From Malassezia furfur (lineage: Eukaryota): a DNA stretch of 53,979 nucleotides. Of the stretch, positions 10,301 through 18,466 are shown piece after piece; the first letter of the stretch is position 1; each line of letters starts with the position of its first letter. The DNA is taken from the NCBI GenBank assembly GCA_052055015.1, contig JBQJIT010000026.1. The stretch is one strand, 5' to 3'. The position numbers and the translations under genes are program-made. The notes under the pieces were generated by a model. The model was given only the letters and a program-made list of their open reading frames with translations. It was not told where the DNA came from and did not search any database.

Positions 10301-12586
10301 GACCTCCGACAGGAAGGGCTCCTTGCACGGCGACACCATCGGCGAGTGGTAGGGACCACCCACACGCAGCTCACGCGCAAAGATGCCGGCAGCCTCGCAC
10401 TTCTTGACGACCTCGCGGATGAGCTTCGTCTCACCCGACACCGACACGGCCTTGGTCGAGTTGCTCGCCGAGACCCACAGGCCGGTGGTCACGTTGTTCT
10501 CCTTCATGACCTCGTCGAGGATGGCCTGCGCCTCCTCGCGGCTGATACCGAGCGCGGCCATCGTACCGTCGACCGTGTCGAGCAGGCCGAGCGCGTTGGA
10601 GCGCGCAATGGCCGTGCGGATCGCCTTCTCGTGGCTGAAGGCACCCGAGGCGTACATCGCGGCAATCTCACCGACCGAGTGGCCCATGACCACGTCGGGC
10701 ACCACGTTCAGCGACACCCACAGGTCGTACAGAGCGATCTGGAAGATGGTGATACCAATCACAATCGCCTCGACCGACCAGTGACCCGACTGCGTCTTCT
10801 GAACGTTGGTGTCCTTCGACGAGGAGAACAGACCGCTGTTGACAAACTCGCCCTTGTGGTAGCGCTGCACCACCTCAAACGAGCGGTGCACCGAGTCACG
10901 GAACGCACCAAAGCGCGCGTACAGGTGGCGACCCATGTCCTCGTGCTGGGGACCCTGACCACAGAACACAAACGCCTTGAGCGGGTTGAAGTCGGGCGAC
11001 GAGGTGGCCGTCGTCTCGTTGAACTGCAGCGGCTCGTTGGGCGACGCCACGGCGAAGGCCATGTTGGGGTTACCGCGCGCACGCTCCGTAATGGCACGCG
11101 CCATGAGCTCCGCCTCCATCGGGTTCGACGACTTGCCCCAGAACTCCTCCATCGAGGTCTCGAGCGAGGTCACCGCGCGGTTCGACAGCGCACCCACCGC
11201 CACAAGCATCGGGTCCGTCGCAGCCGGCGGCTTGAAGTTCGCAATGCGCGCCTTGTTCGGCACACGCTCCATGACCGTGTGCGAGTTGGCACCACCGAAA
11301 CCGAACGAGGAGAGCGACACAATGAACTTGCCGTCCTTGCTCAGCTTCTTCTCGGGAAGCGGTTCGTAGGCAGTCTGCACCTGGATCTGGAAGTCGTCCC
11401 AGTGAATCTTGGGGCTCGGCTTCTGGAAGTGCAGGTGCGGCAAGAGGTAGCCCGTGTCGAGGGTGTAGCAGTTCTTGATCAGACCCACGAGACCAGCGGC
11501 AGGCTCCAAGTGGCCCACGTTCGTCTTGGACGAACCGATGCGCAGCTTGTCGTCGCTCGAGCGGCCAGGCGTGAAGACCTGGCCGACGGCGTTCGCCTCA
11601 ATCGGGTCACCGACCGGCGTACCCGTACCGTGGCACTCGACGTAGACCGTCTCGTTAAAGTCACGCTTCGCCTCCTTGTAGGCGGCGATGGTGGCGGCCT
11701 TCTGCTGCGGGCCATCGGGCAGCGTGATACTCTTACCCTTACCGTTCGCATTGATGTGCGTACCGGTGATCACCGAGTACACGTGGCTACCCAGGCGCAC
11801 GGCGTCCTCGGTGCGCTGCAGCACAATGACCGTGCAGCCCTCACCACGGACGTAACCGTCAGCAGACGCATCGAACGTGTGGCAGAGACCCGTCTTGGAC
11901 AGGGTACCGAGCGTCGAGAACGACAGCGAGGCATCCGGCGCAAGAATCAGGTTGACCGCAGCCACGACCGCCATGTCACAGTCGCCACGCAGGATGGCCG
12001 AGCGCGCAAGGTGCAGACACGTGATACTCGAAGAGCAGGCCGTGTCGAGGTAGATCGACGGACCGCGCAAGTCGAACAGGTACGACAGACGGTTGGCCTG
12101 CATCGAGAAGGCCGCACCGGTCGCACTGTAAGGACCCATGTCGTACATGTCCTTACCAAGGTTGTGCACGTCGGGCGAACCCGTGACGTACACACCCGTG
12201 TTGGTGCCACGGTAGTTGATACCCGAGTCCTCGAGCGCCTGGTACACACACTCGACCAGCACGACTTGGTGCGGGTCGATCTGACGTGCCTCGGCGGGCG
12301 AGATACCAAACTCGAGCGTGTCGACGTCCGTGTGAGGGTCGACAAAACCACCCTGATCGGTGATCACCTTACCAGGGACACCGCCGTCCTGGGTCATCGC
12401 CTCGGCGTTCCAACGGTCCGCCGGAACACGGCCAATGGCGCAGCGGCCCTCCTTGAGCAGCTCAAAGTACTCCTTCTTGTCGCGTGCTCCAGGAAGACGA
12501 AGGCCAATACCGACCACGGAGATGCTAGGCGGGCGCTCGTCCTGGCCTTGCGACTGTTGGTGCTGGTTGTGCGTAGTGCTATACAT
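4337..12586 (-). CDS. Iterative highly reducing type I polyketide synthase with terminal thioester reductase: KS-AT-DH-(pseudo-MT)-ER-KR-ACP-R, 2749 aa, intronless
   Basis: KS DTACSSS/HGTGT/GHLE; AT GHSVG and YHS; DH HKIRGTIIFP and HPGLLD; ER LIHAAAGGVG; KR GGCGGLG, LRDD, GQANYNAA; ACP LGLDSL; R domain VLVTGATGFLG and GYSQSKW. Confidence 0.95.
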   Translation of the reverse strand: MYSTTHNQHQQSQGQDERPPSISVVGIGLRLPGARDKKEYFELLKEGRCAIGRVPADRWNAEAMTQDGGVPGKVITDQGGFVDPHTDVDTLEFGISPAEARQIDPHQVVLVECVYQALEDSGINYRGTNTGVYVTGSPDVHNLGKDMYDMGPYSATGAAFSMQANRLSYLFDLRGPSIYLDTACSSSITCLHLARSAILRGDCDMAVVAAVNLILAPDASLSFSTLGTLSKTGLCHTFDASADGYVRGEGCTVIVLQRTEDAVRLGSHVYSVITGTHINANGKGKSITLPDGPQQKAATIAAYKEAKRDFNETVYVECHGTGTPVGDPIEANAVGQVFTPGRSSDDKLRIGSSKTNVGHLEPAAGLVGLIKNCYTLDTGYLLPHLHFQKPSPKIHWDDFQIQVQTAYEPLPEKKLSKDGKFIVSLSSFGFGGANSHTVMERVPNKARIANFKPPAATDPMLVAVGALSNRAVTSLETSMEEFWGKSSNPMEAELMARAITERARGNPNMAFAVASPNEPLQFNETTATSSPDFNPLKAFVFCGQGPQHEDMGRHLYARFGAFRDSVHRSFEVVQRYHKGEFVNSGLFSSSKDTNVQKTQSGHWSVEAIVIGITIFQIALYDLWVSLNVVPDVVMGHSVGEIAAMYASGAFSHEKAIRTAIARSNALGLLDTVDGTMAALGISREEAQAILDEVMKENNVTTGLWVSASNSTKAVSVSGETKLIREVVKKCEAAGIFARELRVGGPYHSPMVSPCKEPFLSEVYPLVDAEKNVPTRRFISTVHGRMHEVGESLDAAYCWDNVSSPVLFRESIEALEQYRKEQDRGLLIVEIAPHSVLGSYMDEITRAIEAERTTIVSSARRPNFKKGETRDTPGEVTQFLTAVGQSMQAGERNMIVYKLYSDDFVDCPLGINSELPELPPYPFLPKPKRTTEISFPEHIRCRPPGPPLCSEMLRINAQTHSWTKGHKIRGTIIFPGAGYAESALEAGARTITDMDIHRAFVIEEEGQPKYARFVETGINGGWEFRSSGKNAVNDGGIIYDQLHASGHMSTEYTRVGPDSLQEVFGENWLDHFDIIMDGQTFYDRLKPNGSQHTGAFGMINEVRGSTTREDDYLAFVDVLPDLWTHPESQQMVFHPGLLDSAFLCTWIPALPFDGSKLGVDAFLPNHLDILAMRATPEEVRAAKQIVLYVQTLISNDHHIKHNILMFDRNTGKTLAFLRGLECTRIKDTVKEREAYTESWEPRAFDATASFNDEYRLQPQLSSSFVQDMAAHDEEGAVAEALQRGSAAKVCADGLQDRLFDLPGVSAEVGESVVEAAQSLISSSLQQEPRRVFRVLELYARRRKLNLQPLVAWAQKRGLYIDLVRLNVANPAKGTDAFFTGPYDVPAAIADFQRTIPSTFDLVVSSDVLRSVTDASTAVKAVDELLVPGGYALFAEVNPAAKSLAQLFYTSNPVSLEALGVTAFSKASPTLSVGFLRRGDNAWPSFPLPSVMPAEEPRSSGRFRRVNDHVLAYYHEPDTEYEVVEAVREAFGESPMGQLWVLADDSTDGARGLGLAGTITNEIPTLKSVYVAFDKAYTRGQRDAILDRLLEHEVKDGSVEVFNIIRNGRLYGRRLVKQTVMHPTEFQGQDWVLELIEGQPASVQAIAPHTHYPPHLAPHDVLVQTDAVALNFKNILSATGLLPATDRLSEFGGVVKAVGKDVRRVAVGDRVMGTSGGVREGTVAMASEYAITKIPNNMTNKEAAAYPIAYGTVWYGLVHLAQIRKGETILIHAAAGGVGLCAIQIAQRKGLEVFCTVSSQEKRDYLHNNLGVPYENMANSRSIAEWQQAGFKWLAKRGKTGFDVVLNSLQGAALQAGIESLGYLGRFVDISKRDHLAGNPMSMAGFAKAINYIAVELGLLGVHAPERMGALLDEIAAEHAREPFRCLIGHEFEGANGLVESYRLMESGKHIGKIVTDLSSEIGPDARTKLWNAYKVYDPRKSYVLIGGCGGLGPRLTQFLMYLGARNIVLTGRRGQISRSDRLALERLVRDPAFPDVTIKVMAADALNPSAMNDVFDTARSLGPIGGIFLMSVVLRDDQFMKMDKEKFDTVVKSKIGALNVVRELIDIQTLDFLFLFSSTAALFFNPGQANYNAAQAYFNRFAQEHRNVISYAVPAISDIGVYAQMRSKSNNAALKVMDALACNSRELCTSIAQSIARLIMGGTNHAGYFIQPMDWKVMHEISPANLWSISHLVEHYDDADNDGAEGEAEADPVGTLLGKLLNVDIETVDDTMFLSTLGLDSLSASKLSAILMSEFGATVTQLQLLGPVSIAALRQIVADAIAEKEGGVPEKGNTGDAPAKKTAAAPGGASASGATPTSKVTAPLAEFDYASEVDKLDDLPKTVAHLQPFDPAILEPSKKQEVLVTGATGFLGSSALEAVLEALPNAHVTALVRGSPDEGLQRIKQMAEKRELKSLKSLNRVSVVSGDVSKPHLGLSEADWTKLAETVDLIVHASGKADHLIGYQGIAPVNTHSTREVLRLASDKKVKAVANIGSTNMWLTFTAEPKTDEVVMEDLDLDTLKTGLFNGYSQSKWVSEMLTRRMHERGVPAMTVRPGVLGGSASGRYHPNEDSFLWRLYKGCAELGLAPRSKSVFTETPADWFSEIFGKLVASPKTWTSNYDVFHIRNEAPLDLQDIPAPQGLKQPEMVAYDDWVDAFQKEAAKPNSTNPLAPLRGFVAKGEFAQLPQFDQTHTKEVLGDLWTEPPAYRFEL

Positions 12587-12701
12587 ATTGCGGGAAATGG
12601 AAAAGGAAGATGCAAGTGTAAGCGTTGGATGGAAGAAGTGTGGCGCTCACTTCAAGAACACAACGCAAAGGGATTGATAGAATGAGTATACAACCGAACC
12701 A

Positions 12702-12733
12702 GCGGAGAATATGAACGGCGGAGAATATGAACG
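12702..12733. repeat. Perfect 16-bp tandem duplication GCGGAGAATATGAACG x2 upstream of the PKS
   Basis: 12702-12717 and 12718-12733 are identical. Confidence 0.9.
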
Positions 12734-13270
12734 TCGTGTCAGACAAAAGTGGCGGTTCTGTCAGACAACAACAACGCGTATACCAAAGCTGATGGTAGTA
12801 GTTGGGAGAAAACCGACCGACCGGAAAGATACACCCAACTTCCCGCGTTTCGAACAACCCAACTCGTGCGCGAATCGAATCGTCTTGCGTGTCACAGCCC
12901 ATTCTATTATTTGCTATGCTACCCCAGTTTACGCCCAGCAACTGACATGCGCCACGCTGCTTGGGTCAACGTCTGCTATCACGCGGCCTGGTCAATGCAG
13001 GGATAGGCGGGCGTCTTCCTTTGTTCGGGGAAGCTATCTACGTTTACGCGATTTGATTCGCTGATGCGATGCTGAGAAAGCGAAGGATGGCGCCGAGGCG
13101 ATGGGAAATGGGCCAATGAAATTAAGTACGCAGCTTTCGCCGGCGCATCCCCTTTGTAGGGTGACGTCAGCCAGTGGGAGCCATGGTTGCACAGCCCTGA
13201 CGCGTCAGCACACGCAACACACGCCGCGGACCCTGGTTAAAGTCCGCCCTGACTCTGCTATCGACGGCGC

Positions 13271-16051
13271 TCACGCGAACGACCAATCAGCGCCCACGTC
13301 GCGGGGACTGACCCGGGAAGGCGCACGATCCGTGCGCGAAGGTCCTTGAGCGGCCGTAGCGGCGCCTCCGTCAGGCACCGCCGACGTCACACGGTCCGCC
13401 AAATCGCACTGGTTGAGCATATGCGCGAGCCGGCGATCCAAATGCTCCACGGATTCCTTGCTGTCAGTCCCCGCGTCCCACGGAGTGGCCGCCTTGTGTG
13501 TACGCTCCGGGACGGGCGCGCCGTCTTCCTGTAGATCCGCGTGGAACTGCCATAGGCTCTTGCGCAGCTCCATGATCTCAGCGCGCGAGCTCTCGATGGT
13601 ACCCCGTAAGCTTGCTTGTTGCGCCGCAAATTCCTCGAGCTGTGAGTGAAACGTTTGGTTGGCTTGGCTCTTCTCCATCTCCGACGCCGCCTGCGTCAGG
13701 TGCTGTGACAGCCGCGCGAGCGAGCGCCGCGTCGAACGCGAGCGCTCGGCCCGCCGCATCGATGCGTCGGGCACCATCGACTGCGTCACCGCGGCATCCT
13801 GTGTGGTGGGCGTGGACGACGGCGAGAGTGTTGCGTCGCGCGCATCGGAAGGGGCAGCGGCAGCGGCAGCGGCAGCGGCAGCGACGTTGCGCCGGGGCGA
13901 CAAAGATGCGATCCGTGCGCGTTCCTCGGTGACATCTGAGCCGTACACTTCGCGCGATGTATCGCCGTGTTCGCTCCACAGTACGCGCATCGTGTCGGCA
14001 CTTAGTAGCTCCGAATCTTGGGGCGTCGAGCGGTTCGAGGCAAGGGTCGCGCTCGGTGCATCGCGACTGTCTGGCTGAGACGGCGCCGTCCCAAACGCCA
14101 TGCGCCGTGGCAGCGGAGGCGCATGCGATGACGTGGCGGAGCCCGTACGGCGGGGGACGGGCACATTGGCCGACTGCGACGCGATGGCCACGTTCATGAT
14201 CTGCTGGAACGCGTCCTCAATCTGAACGATCAGCGCGTCCGGATCGGAAGTCGCGGACGCCGTCATGGGCGTTGCATGCGTCGGGACCCGGGGCGTACGC
14301 GGCGAAGGCGATGCGGATGCATGCGGCACCAAGGTATCGTGAGCGGCGCGCGCGACATCCGCACCCCGAGCGCGGGCCACGGGTGCGGGCGCAAGGGCGT
14401 CCAGGAGCGTACGCTGCATTGTAGGTGCTGCAGCCGCGGCCGGGCGCTCGACAACCTCATGCTCGGCAGCGGCCGACGTGGGCGGCTCGTCGTCGGGCAA
14501 GGGCGATGCAAAATAGACGTGCTCCTCTTCGCTCAACGGTGCGGCGGACGTAGCCGACGCCCGCGGCGCGGCCTGCGGCGTGAGGCTGAGCGCAGGGGTA
14601 AAGGAGGTGGGATGCGTAGGCGATGTGGGGCTCGTCGGCAAAGGAGAGGAGGTGCGTCCTTGTGCGGTTATCACCGGCGACGTGGTGCGCTCCAGTGTCT
14701 GGGTCGAGGACTCAGACGAGGAATCGAAAGACGTTGCGCTGCTGCGTGTCGAGATGGACGGGTTTCTTGCGGAGACGCGCCGCGGGTACTGAGCGTACGG
14801 CTGGCGCAACGAGCGTAGTGAGCGAAGGGAGCGTGCGTCGGCGGGGGCCGCACTAGCAGCCGCCGCAGGCTCCCATGCATGACCGACAGCCGTACCGAAT
14901 TGCACGTCCGTCTCACCCTCGTCACGCGCATGCTCCGGCGGCGGGGGTGACGTCGGCGCCGCATTCGGTGGCGTCGAAGTCGCGCCAGGCGACGTCGACC
15001 GCGAGGCGCTCAGGGAGCGGTGGCGCTCCGACGACTGGTCCGAGGTCGGAAGCTGCTCGGACAGCATGCGCGGCGATACCGAACTTGTCTCGGACGCCGC
15101 CAGGGTCGTGGGAGAGTGTACCAGCTCGTTTCGGTAAAACAGGGGCCCATTGCTGCGCGCCGGCGCCGAGTCCTTGCGTACCGGCTGCGGGAGCAGCGGT
15201 AATGACATACTCGAGACATTGCTTGTATCGTTTAGGTCCTGCGTCGATGGCGCGTCTTGCAGACGAGCCAGCGACGAGTTGCTCGAGTTGCGCGCCGAGT
15301 CCGACGTGCCTTGTGGGCGCGAAGGCGTTAGCGACGGGTCGGTAAACGTGCGCATGATTGGGAATGGCTTCGTGTGCGCTTTTTCACCGCGCGTTGTAGG
15401 CGAAGGCATGGGCGGAGTCGCGGTTCCCGAACGCATGCGCTCAAGCGTTTTGCGCATCGACGACAGTGACAGGCTAGGCGAGCGCCGCGTGCGGCGGCCG
15501 CTGCTCCCGATAGAAGCCGTGTCATCCGCATCGTCTTCTGCGCGTCCCTTGTTCTTGGGCGTGGCCGGGCGCCGCCGCGGCCGGAAGGTGGGCATCGCCG
15601 GGAGCGTCATAACTGAACCCGTGGGCGATTTGGGCAGCGGCGGCACATCGCGCATCATGATGGCGCGCCGCGACGCTTTCTCGGAATCTTCCATATCGTG
15701 CAAATTGGGTGCACTCACGGAACGCGGGAGTTCCGCGAAGCGCCGACGGGTATCCGGGGAGAACGGAGCCTGCCGCCGCCCGTCTTCTCGCATGCGCAGC
15801 GCAAAGTGGGACTCGCGCAGACGCGCGACGGCCAGTTCGCGGTTATAGTCCGGCGAACCGGCACGCTGCGCTGCGTTTGGATTTGGACCGCGCAGATAGC
15901 CCCGGAGCGCGCTGATCTCGCCATGCGACGGGATCAGCGGGAGGACCGACAGATCGTACCGGGACGCCGCAGTGCGGCCCAGTGCCCGATCTGTCTGGGC
16001 CTCCGTGAGGCTCCCCAGTGAGTCCTGTTGGCGCACCGTGGGTAACGACAC
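13271..16051 (-). CDS. Hypothetical Ser/Pro/Ala-rich, largely disordered protein with a C-terminal coiled coil; start uncertain (GTG 16051 or ATG 15793)
   Basis: 926-codon ORF filling the gap between the PKS and SMF; heptad-like C-terminus (SQLEEFAAQQASLRGTIESSRAEIMELRKSLWQF); no recognisable family motif. Confidence 0.75.
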   Translation of the reverse strand: MSLPTVRQQDSLGSLTEAQTDRALGRTAASRYDLSVLPLIPSHGEISALRGYLRGPNPNAAQRAGSPDYNRELAVARLRESHFALRMREDGRRQAPFSPDTRRRFAELPRSVSAPNLHDMEDSEKASRRAIMMRDVPPLPKSPTGSVMTLPAMPTFRPRRRPATPKNKGRAEDDADDTASIGSSGRRTRRSPSLSLSSMRKTLERMRSGTATPPMPSPTTRGEKAHTKPFPIMRTFTDPSLTPSRPQGTSDSARNSSNSSLARLQDAPSTQDLNDTSNVSSMSLPLLPQPVRKDSAPARSNGPLFYRNELVHSPTTLAASETSSVSPRMLSEQLPTSDQSSERHRSLSASRSTSPGATSTPPNAAPTSPPPPEHARDEGETDVQFGTAVGHAWEPAAAASAAPADARSLRSLRSLRQPYAQYPRRVSARNPSISTRSSATSFDSSSESSTQTLERTTSPVITAQGRTSSPLPTSPTSPTHPTSFTPALSLTPQAAPRASATSAAPLSEEEHVYFASPLPDDEPPTSAAAEHEVVERPAAAAAPTMQRTLLDALAPAPVARARGADVARAAHDTLVPHASASPSPRTPRVPTHATPMTASATSDPDALIVQIEDAFQQIMNVAIASQSANVPVPRRTGSATSSHAPPLPRRMAFGTAPSQPDSRDAPSATLASNRSTPQDSELLSADTMRVLWSEHGDTSREVYGSDVTEERARIASLSPRRNVAAAAAAAAAAPSDARDATLSPSSTPTTQDAAVTQSMVPDASMRRAERSRSTRRSLARLSQHLTQAASEMEKSQANQTFHSQLEEFAAQQASLRGTIESSRAEIMELRKSLWQFHADLQEDGAPVPERTHKAATPWDAGTDSKESVEHLDRRLAHMLNQCDLADRVTSAVPDGGAATAAQGPSRTDRAPSRVSPRDVGADWSFA
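13854..13883 (-). repeat. (GCAGCG)5 hexamer repeat encoding poly-Ala
   Basis: Five tandem gcagcg units on the plus strand; the protein reads NVAAAAAAAAAPS. Confidence 0.85.
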
Positions 16052-16316
16052 TTTGGTGATTACAGGCGACGCACGGGGACGGCGTCTATGTGGGTCGGAA
16101 GAGGGGAGAAAGAGGAGCGGTACTATGCCGACGCGCCGACCACACAGCGCGGTTGGTACGCTCTAAACCCCCTTAATTCCTCGAAAAGGGCCCAATTGGA
16201 ATTTTGCCAGCCAGCGTGGATCTGCACCGCGACGCGCCAAGCCCATAGGTGGAGGAAGGCGTGCTGCTGGCCTGTCAAGAGGAATTGGCATATAGGGTAT
16301 CAGGGGTATTCTACGA

Positions 16317-18269
16317 CTAAGCATTTGAGGGGTCCTTGAGAGTCGAGACGAGCACGTACACGTCCGCAATGCAAATCAGTGCAAACACCGCATAGGACAG
16401 CGTGTTTACCGCGATACTGTTGCTGAACGCATGGAAGTACGTGGGACCGGACGCCTCGTGGTCGCTGTTGGGCGAGCGGAAGAGCGCGGCATAGGCACGG
16501 CGCACACGTGCACCGAATGTCAGCGCCGGCACATCGGGCGCATCGGGACTGGCTCCCACCTCGTTTAGAATCGGCGTTACGCTGCCGTAGTTGGCAACGC
16601 CCGACTCAGGATGCATCGGTTCCTCTCGGATCAATTCGCGCCGCATTCGCTTCCGCGAACCGGTGAGGAGAAGGAGGGGCAGGGTCACAAATGGAAGGGC
16701 CATGGACAGTGCCACCTGCGAGGCAACAAGCATCTCGTCCAGCCCTGAACGACCCGCCAGTGCGGCCACTATCATCGAGGGAATCACAGCAATAGCACGC
16801 GTCAAGAGCCGGCGCATAAATGGCGTCAGCCGCCAGTGGATGAACCCTTCGGAGATAATCTGGCCCGCCAGCGTCACTGTGATACTCGACGATTGTCCAG
16901 CGGTCAGCAGCGCAATGGCAAATAGGATCGAGGGCACTTTACCGACCGTGTCGCGGAGCAGCTCAAAGGCCTGGAACAGGTCTCCGACAACCTCTGTGTC
17001 ACCCGTGTTGTTGTTGCCATAGTAGAACGCTGCAGATGCGACAATCAAAATGGCACTGTTAATCGTAATGGCAAACAGCACAAGGCAGATGGCAATGTCC
17101 CACGAAGCGTGCTTCAGACTGAGCTCGATGTGCTCCAAAGATGCTGGCTGCTGGGGAGGCAGCCTGTCGTCTTGCACCACCTCGGGCACCTTAAGGTGCT
17201 TGGCCTTGATGCTCCGATACAGGTTACGGCACGTCCGCCAGAATGTCATGGGACGTGGCCGCGAACGACTCCGCGAGCTTGTGCGCGACGCGGTGCGCGT
17301 AACCGAAGGCCTCGATTCCGGATTGTTGTGGTCCGTCTCTTCTTCGTTGTCCCCCTCGTCGGCCTCTGAACTCGCCGAGCTGCCCACCTCCTCATATCCT
17401 TCGAGGCGGTCGATCGTTGCAAAGTGTGAACCAAGCACCAGCGAGTGAGGCATGATGGTTGCACCCAAGATCGAGATAGAGACATAAAGTCCGTCCGCAT
17501 CGACAACTTTTTCAGAGGGGATATAGCCCTTAAACACGTCGCCCCAGTCCGGCTTGACGCGCACCAGAAGAATAATAAAGCACGCAAGCACAATTAGCAC
17601 GAGCGCACCAATAAGTGACTCGAAGATGCGGACGCTCATGCTGGGCCGGTACAAAAATAGGACGAGGAAAACATCTGCCGACGTGACAAGCACGCCGCCC
17701 CAGAGCGGCAGACTGGGAAAGAGGAGGTTGAGCGCAATGGCACTCCCGATCAACTCGGCCAGCTCGGTTGCGATGATCGCACCCTCGTTGATGATGTACA
17801 AAGGAATCAATAGGCCCCAGTATCGTGCACGCATCCCTGGTGCATCCCAGTCCGGCGGCGCATCGGAATCCGGCGGCAGGCCCAGGACCAAACGGCGCGT
17901 CTGCACGGCCAGATCCATGCCCGTTACTGCGCCAAGACGACAGCAAAGCACTTGTAGGAGTACGGCGAAAAGGCCGGACAGCAGCACCGTGAATAGCAGA
18001 CTGTAGCCAAAACGTGAACCGGCCTCCATGTCCGTGGCCCAGTTGCCGGGGTCACAGTAAGCCACAGCGGCAATGAGGCCCGGCCCCACAAACGACATGT
18101 GCCGGACCACCGTCTGTACAACTCCCTGCCACCATGTGGGCTTACTGTTGTCCCCAATCAAGGGCATGTGTTCACCCAGATCCTGGCGAACAGACGACAC
18201 CTTGGTTGTTGTTTGCTTCAAGGCGTCTTCCGCTCTGGAACCGCATCGGCTCCGAGATGTTTCCTCCAT
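16317..18269 (-). CDS. SMF: NRAMP/SMF-family divalent metal (Mn/Fe) transporter; alternative start at 18167
   Basis: GPGLIAAVAYCDPGNWATD (DPGN), GATIMPH, AGQSSSITVTLAGQIISEGF, SQVALS; multiple hydrophobic helices. Confidence 0.95.
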   Translation of the reverse strand: MEETSRSRCGSRAEDALKQTTTKVSSVRQDLGEHMPLIGDNSKPTWWQGVVQTVVRHMSFVGPGLIAAVAYCDPGNWATDMEAGSRFGYSLLFTVLLSGLFAVLLQVLCCRLGAVTGMDLAVQTRRLVLGLPPDSDAPPDWDAPGMRARYWGLLIPLYIINEGAIIATELAELIGSAIALNLLFPSLPLWGGVLVTSADVFLVLFLYRPSMSVRIFESLIGALVLIVLACFIILLVRVKPDWGDVFKGYIPSEKVVDADGLYVSISILGATIMPHSLVLGSHFATIDRLEGYEEVGSSASSEADEGDNEEETDHNNPESRPSVTRTASRTSSRSRSRPRPMTFWRTCRNLYRSIKAKHLKVPEVVQDDRLPPQQPASLEHIELSLKHASWDIAICLVLFAITINSAILIVASAAFYYGNNNTGDTEVVGDLFQAFELLRDTVGKVPSILFAIALLTAGQSSSITVTLAGQIISEGFIHWRLTPFMRRLLTRAIAVIPSMIVAALAGRSGLDEMLVASQVALSMALPFVTLPLLLLTGSRKRMRRELIREEPMHPESGVANYGSVTPILNEVGASPDAPDVPALTFGARVRRAYAALFRSPNSDHEASGPTYFHAFSNSIAVNTLSYAVFALICIADVYVLVSTLKDPSNA

Positions 18270-18412
18270 CGTCCAATGATTAAGGCCAGTCCTGCTTAAA
18301 AATGTGGGTTTACGCCTTCTCGCCTACGCAAACTGGGGCCGCAGCGTTCAAAGTGTCCGAAAGCTTCCGAGACAAATCGGGCGCCGCGCCTTACCAAGCC
18401 AGATTTCTTAGC

Positions 18413-18428
18413 CACGTGTTTCCACGTG
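18413..18428. promoter_or_regulatory. Paired CACGTG E-boxes in the SMF/MRPL4 divergent promoter
   Basis: CACGTG at 18413 and 18423 (10-bp period). Confidence 0.6.
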
Positions 18429-18466
18429 GCTACACGCGCACGGCGGAAGAAGTCCCATCGACGACG

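Noticed and set aside
4397..12685. 2762-aa plus-strand ORF as a real protein
   Set aside because: Codon-aligned antisense shadow of the PKS with no domain motifs; explained by absence of TTA/CTA/TCA codons in the PKS.
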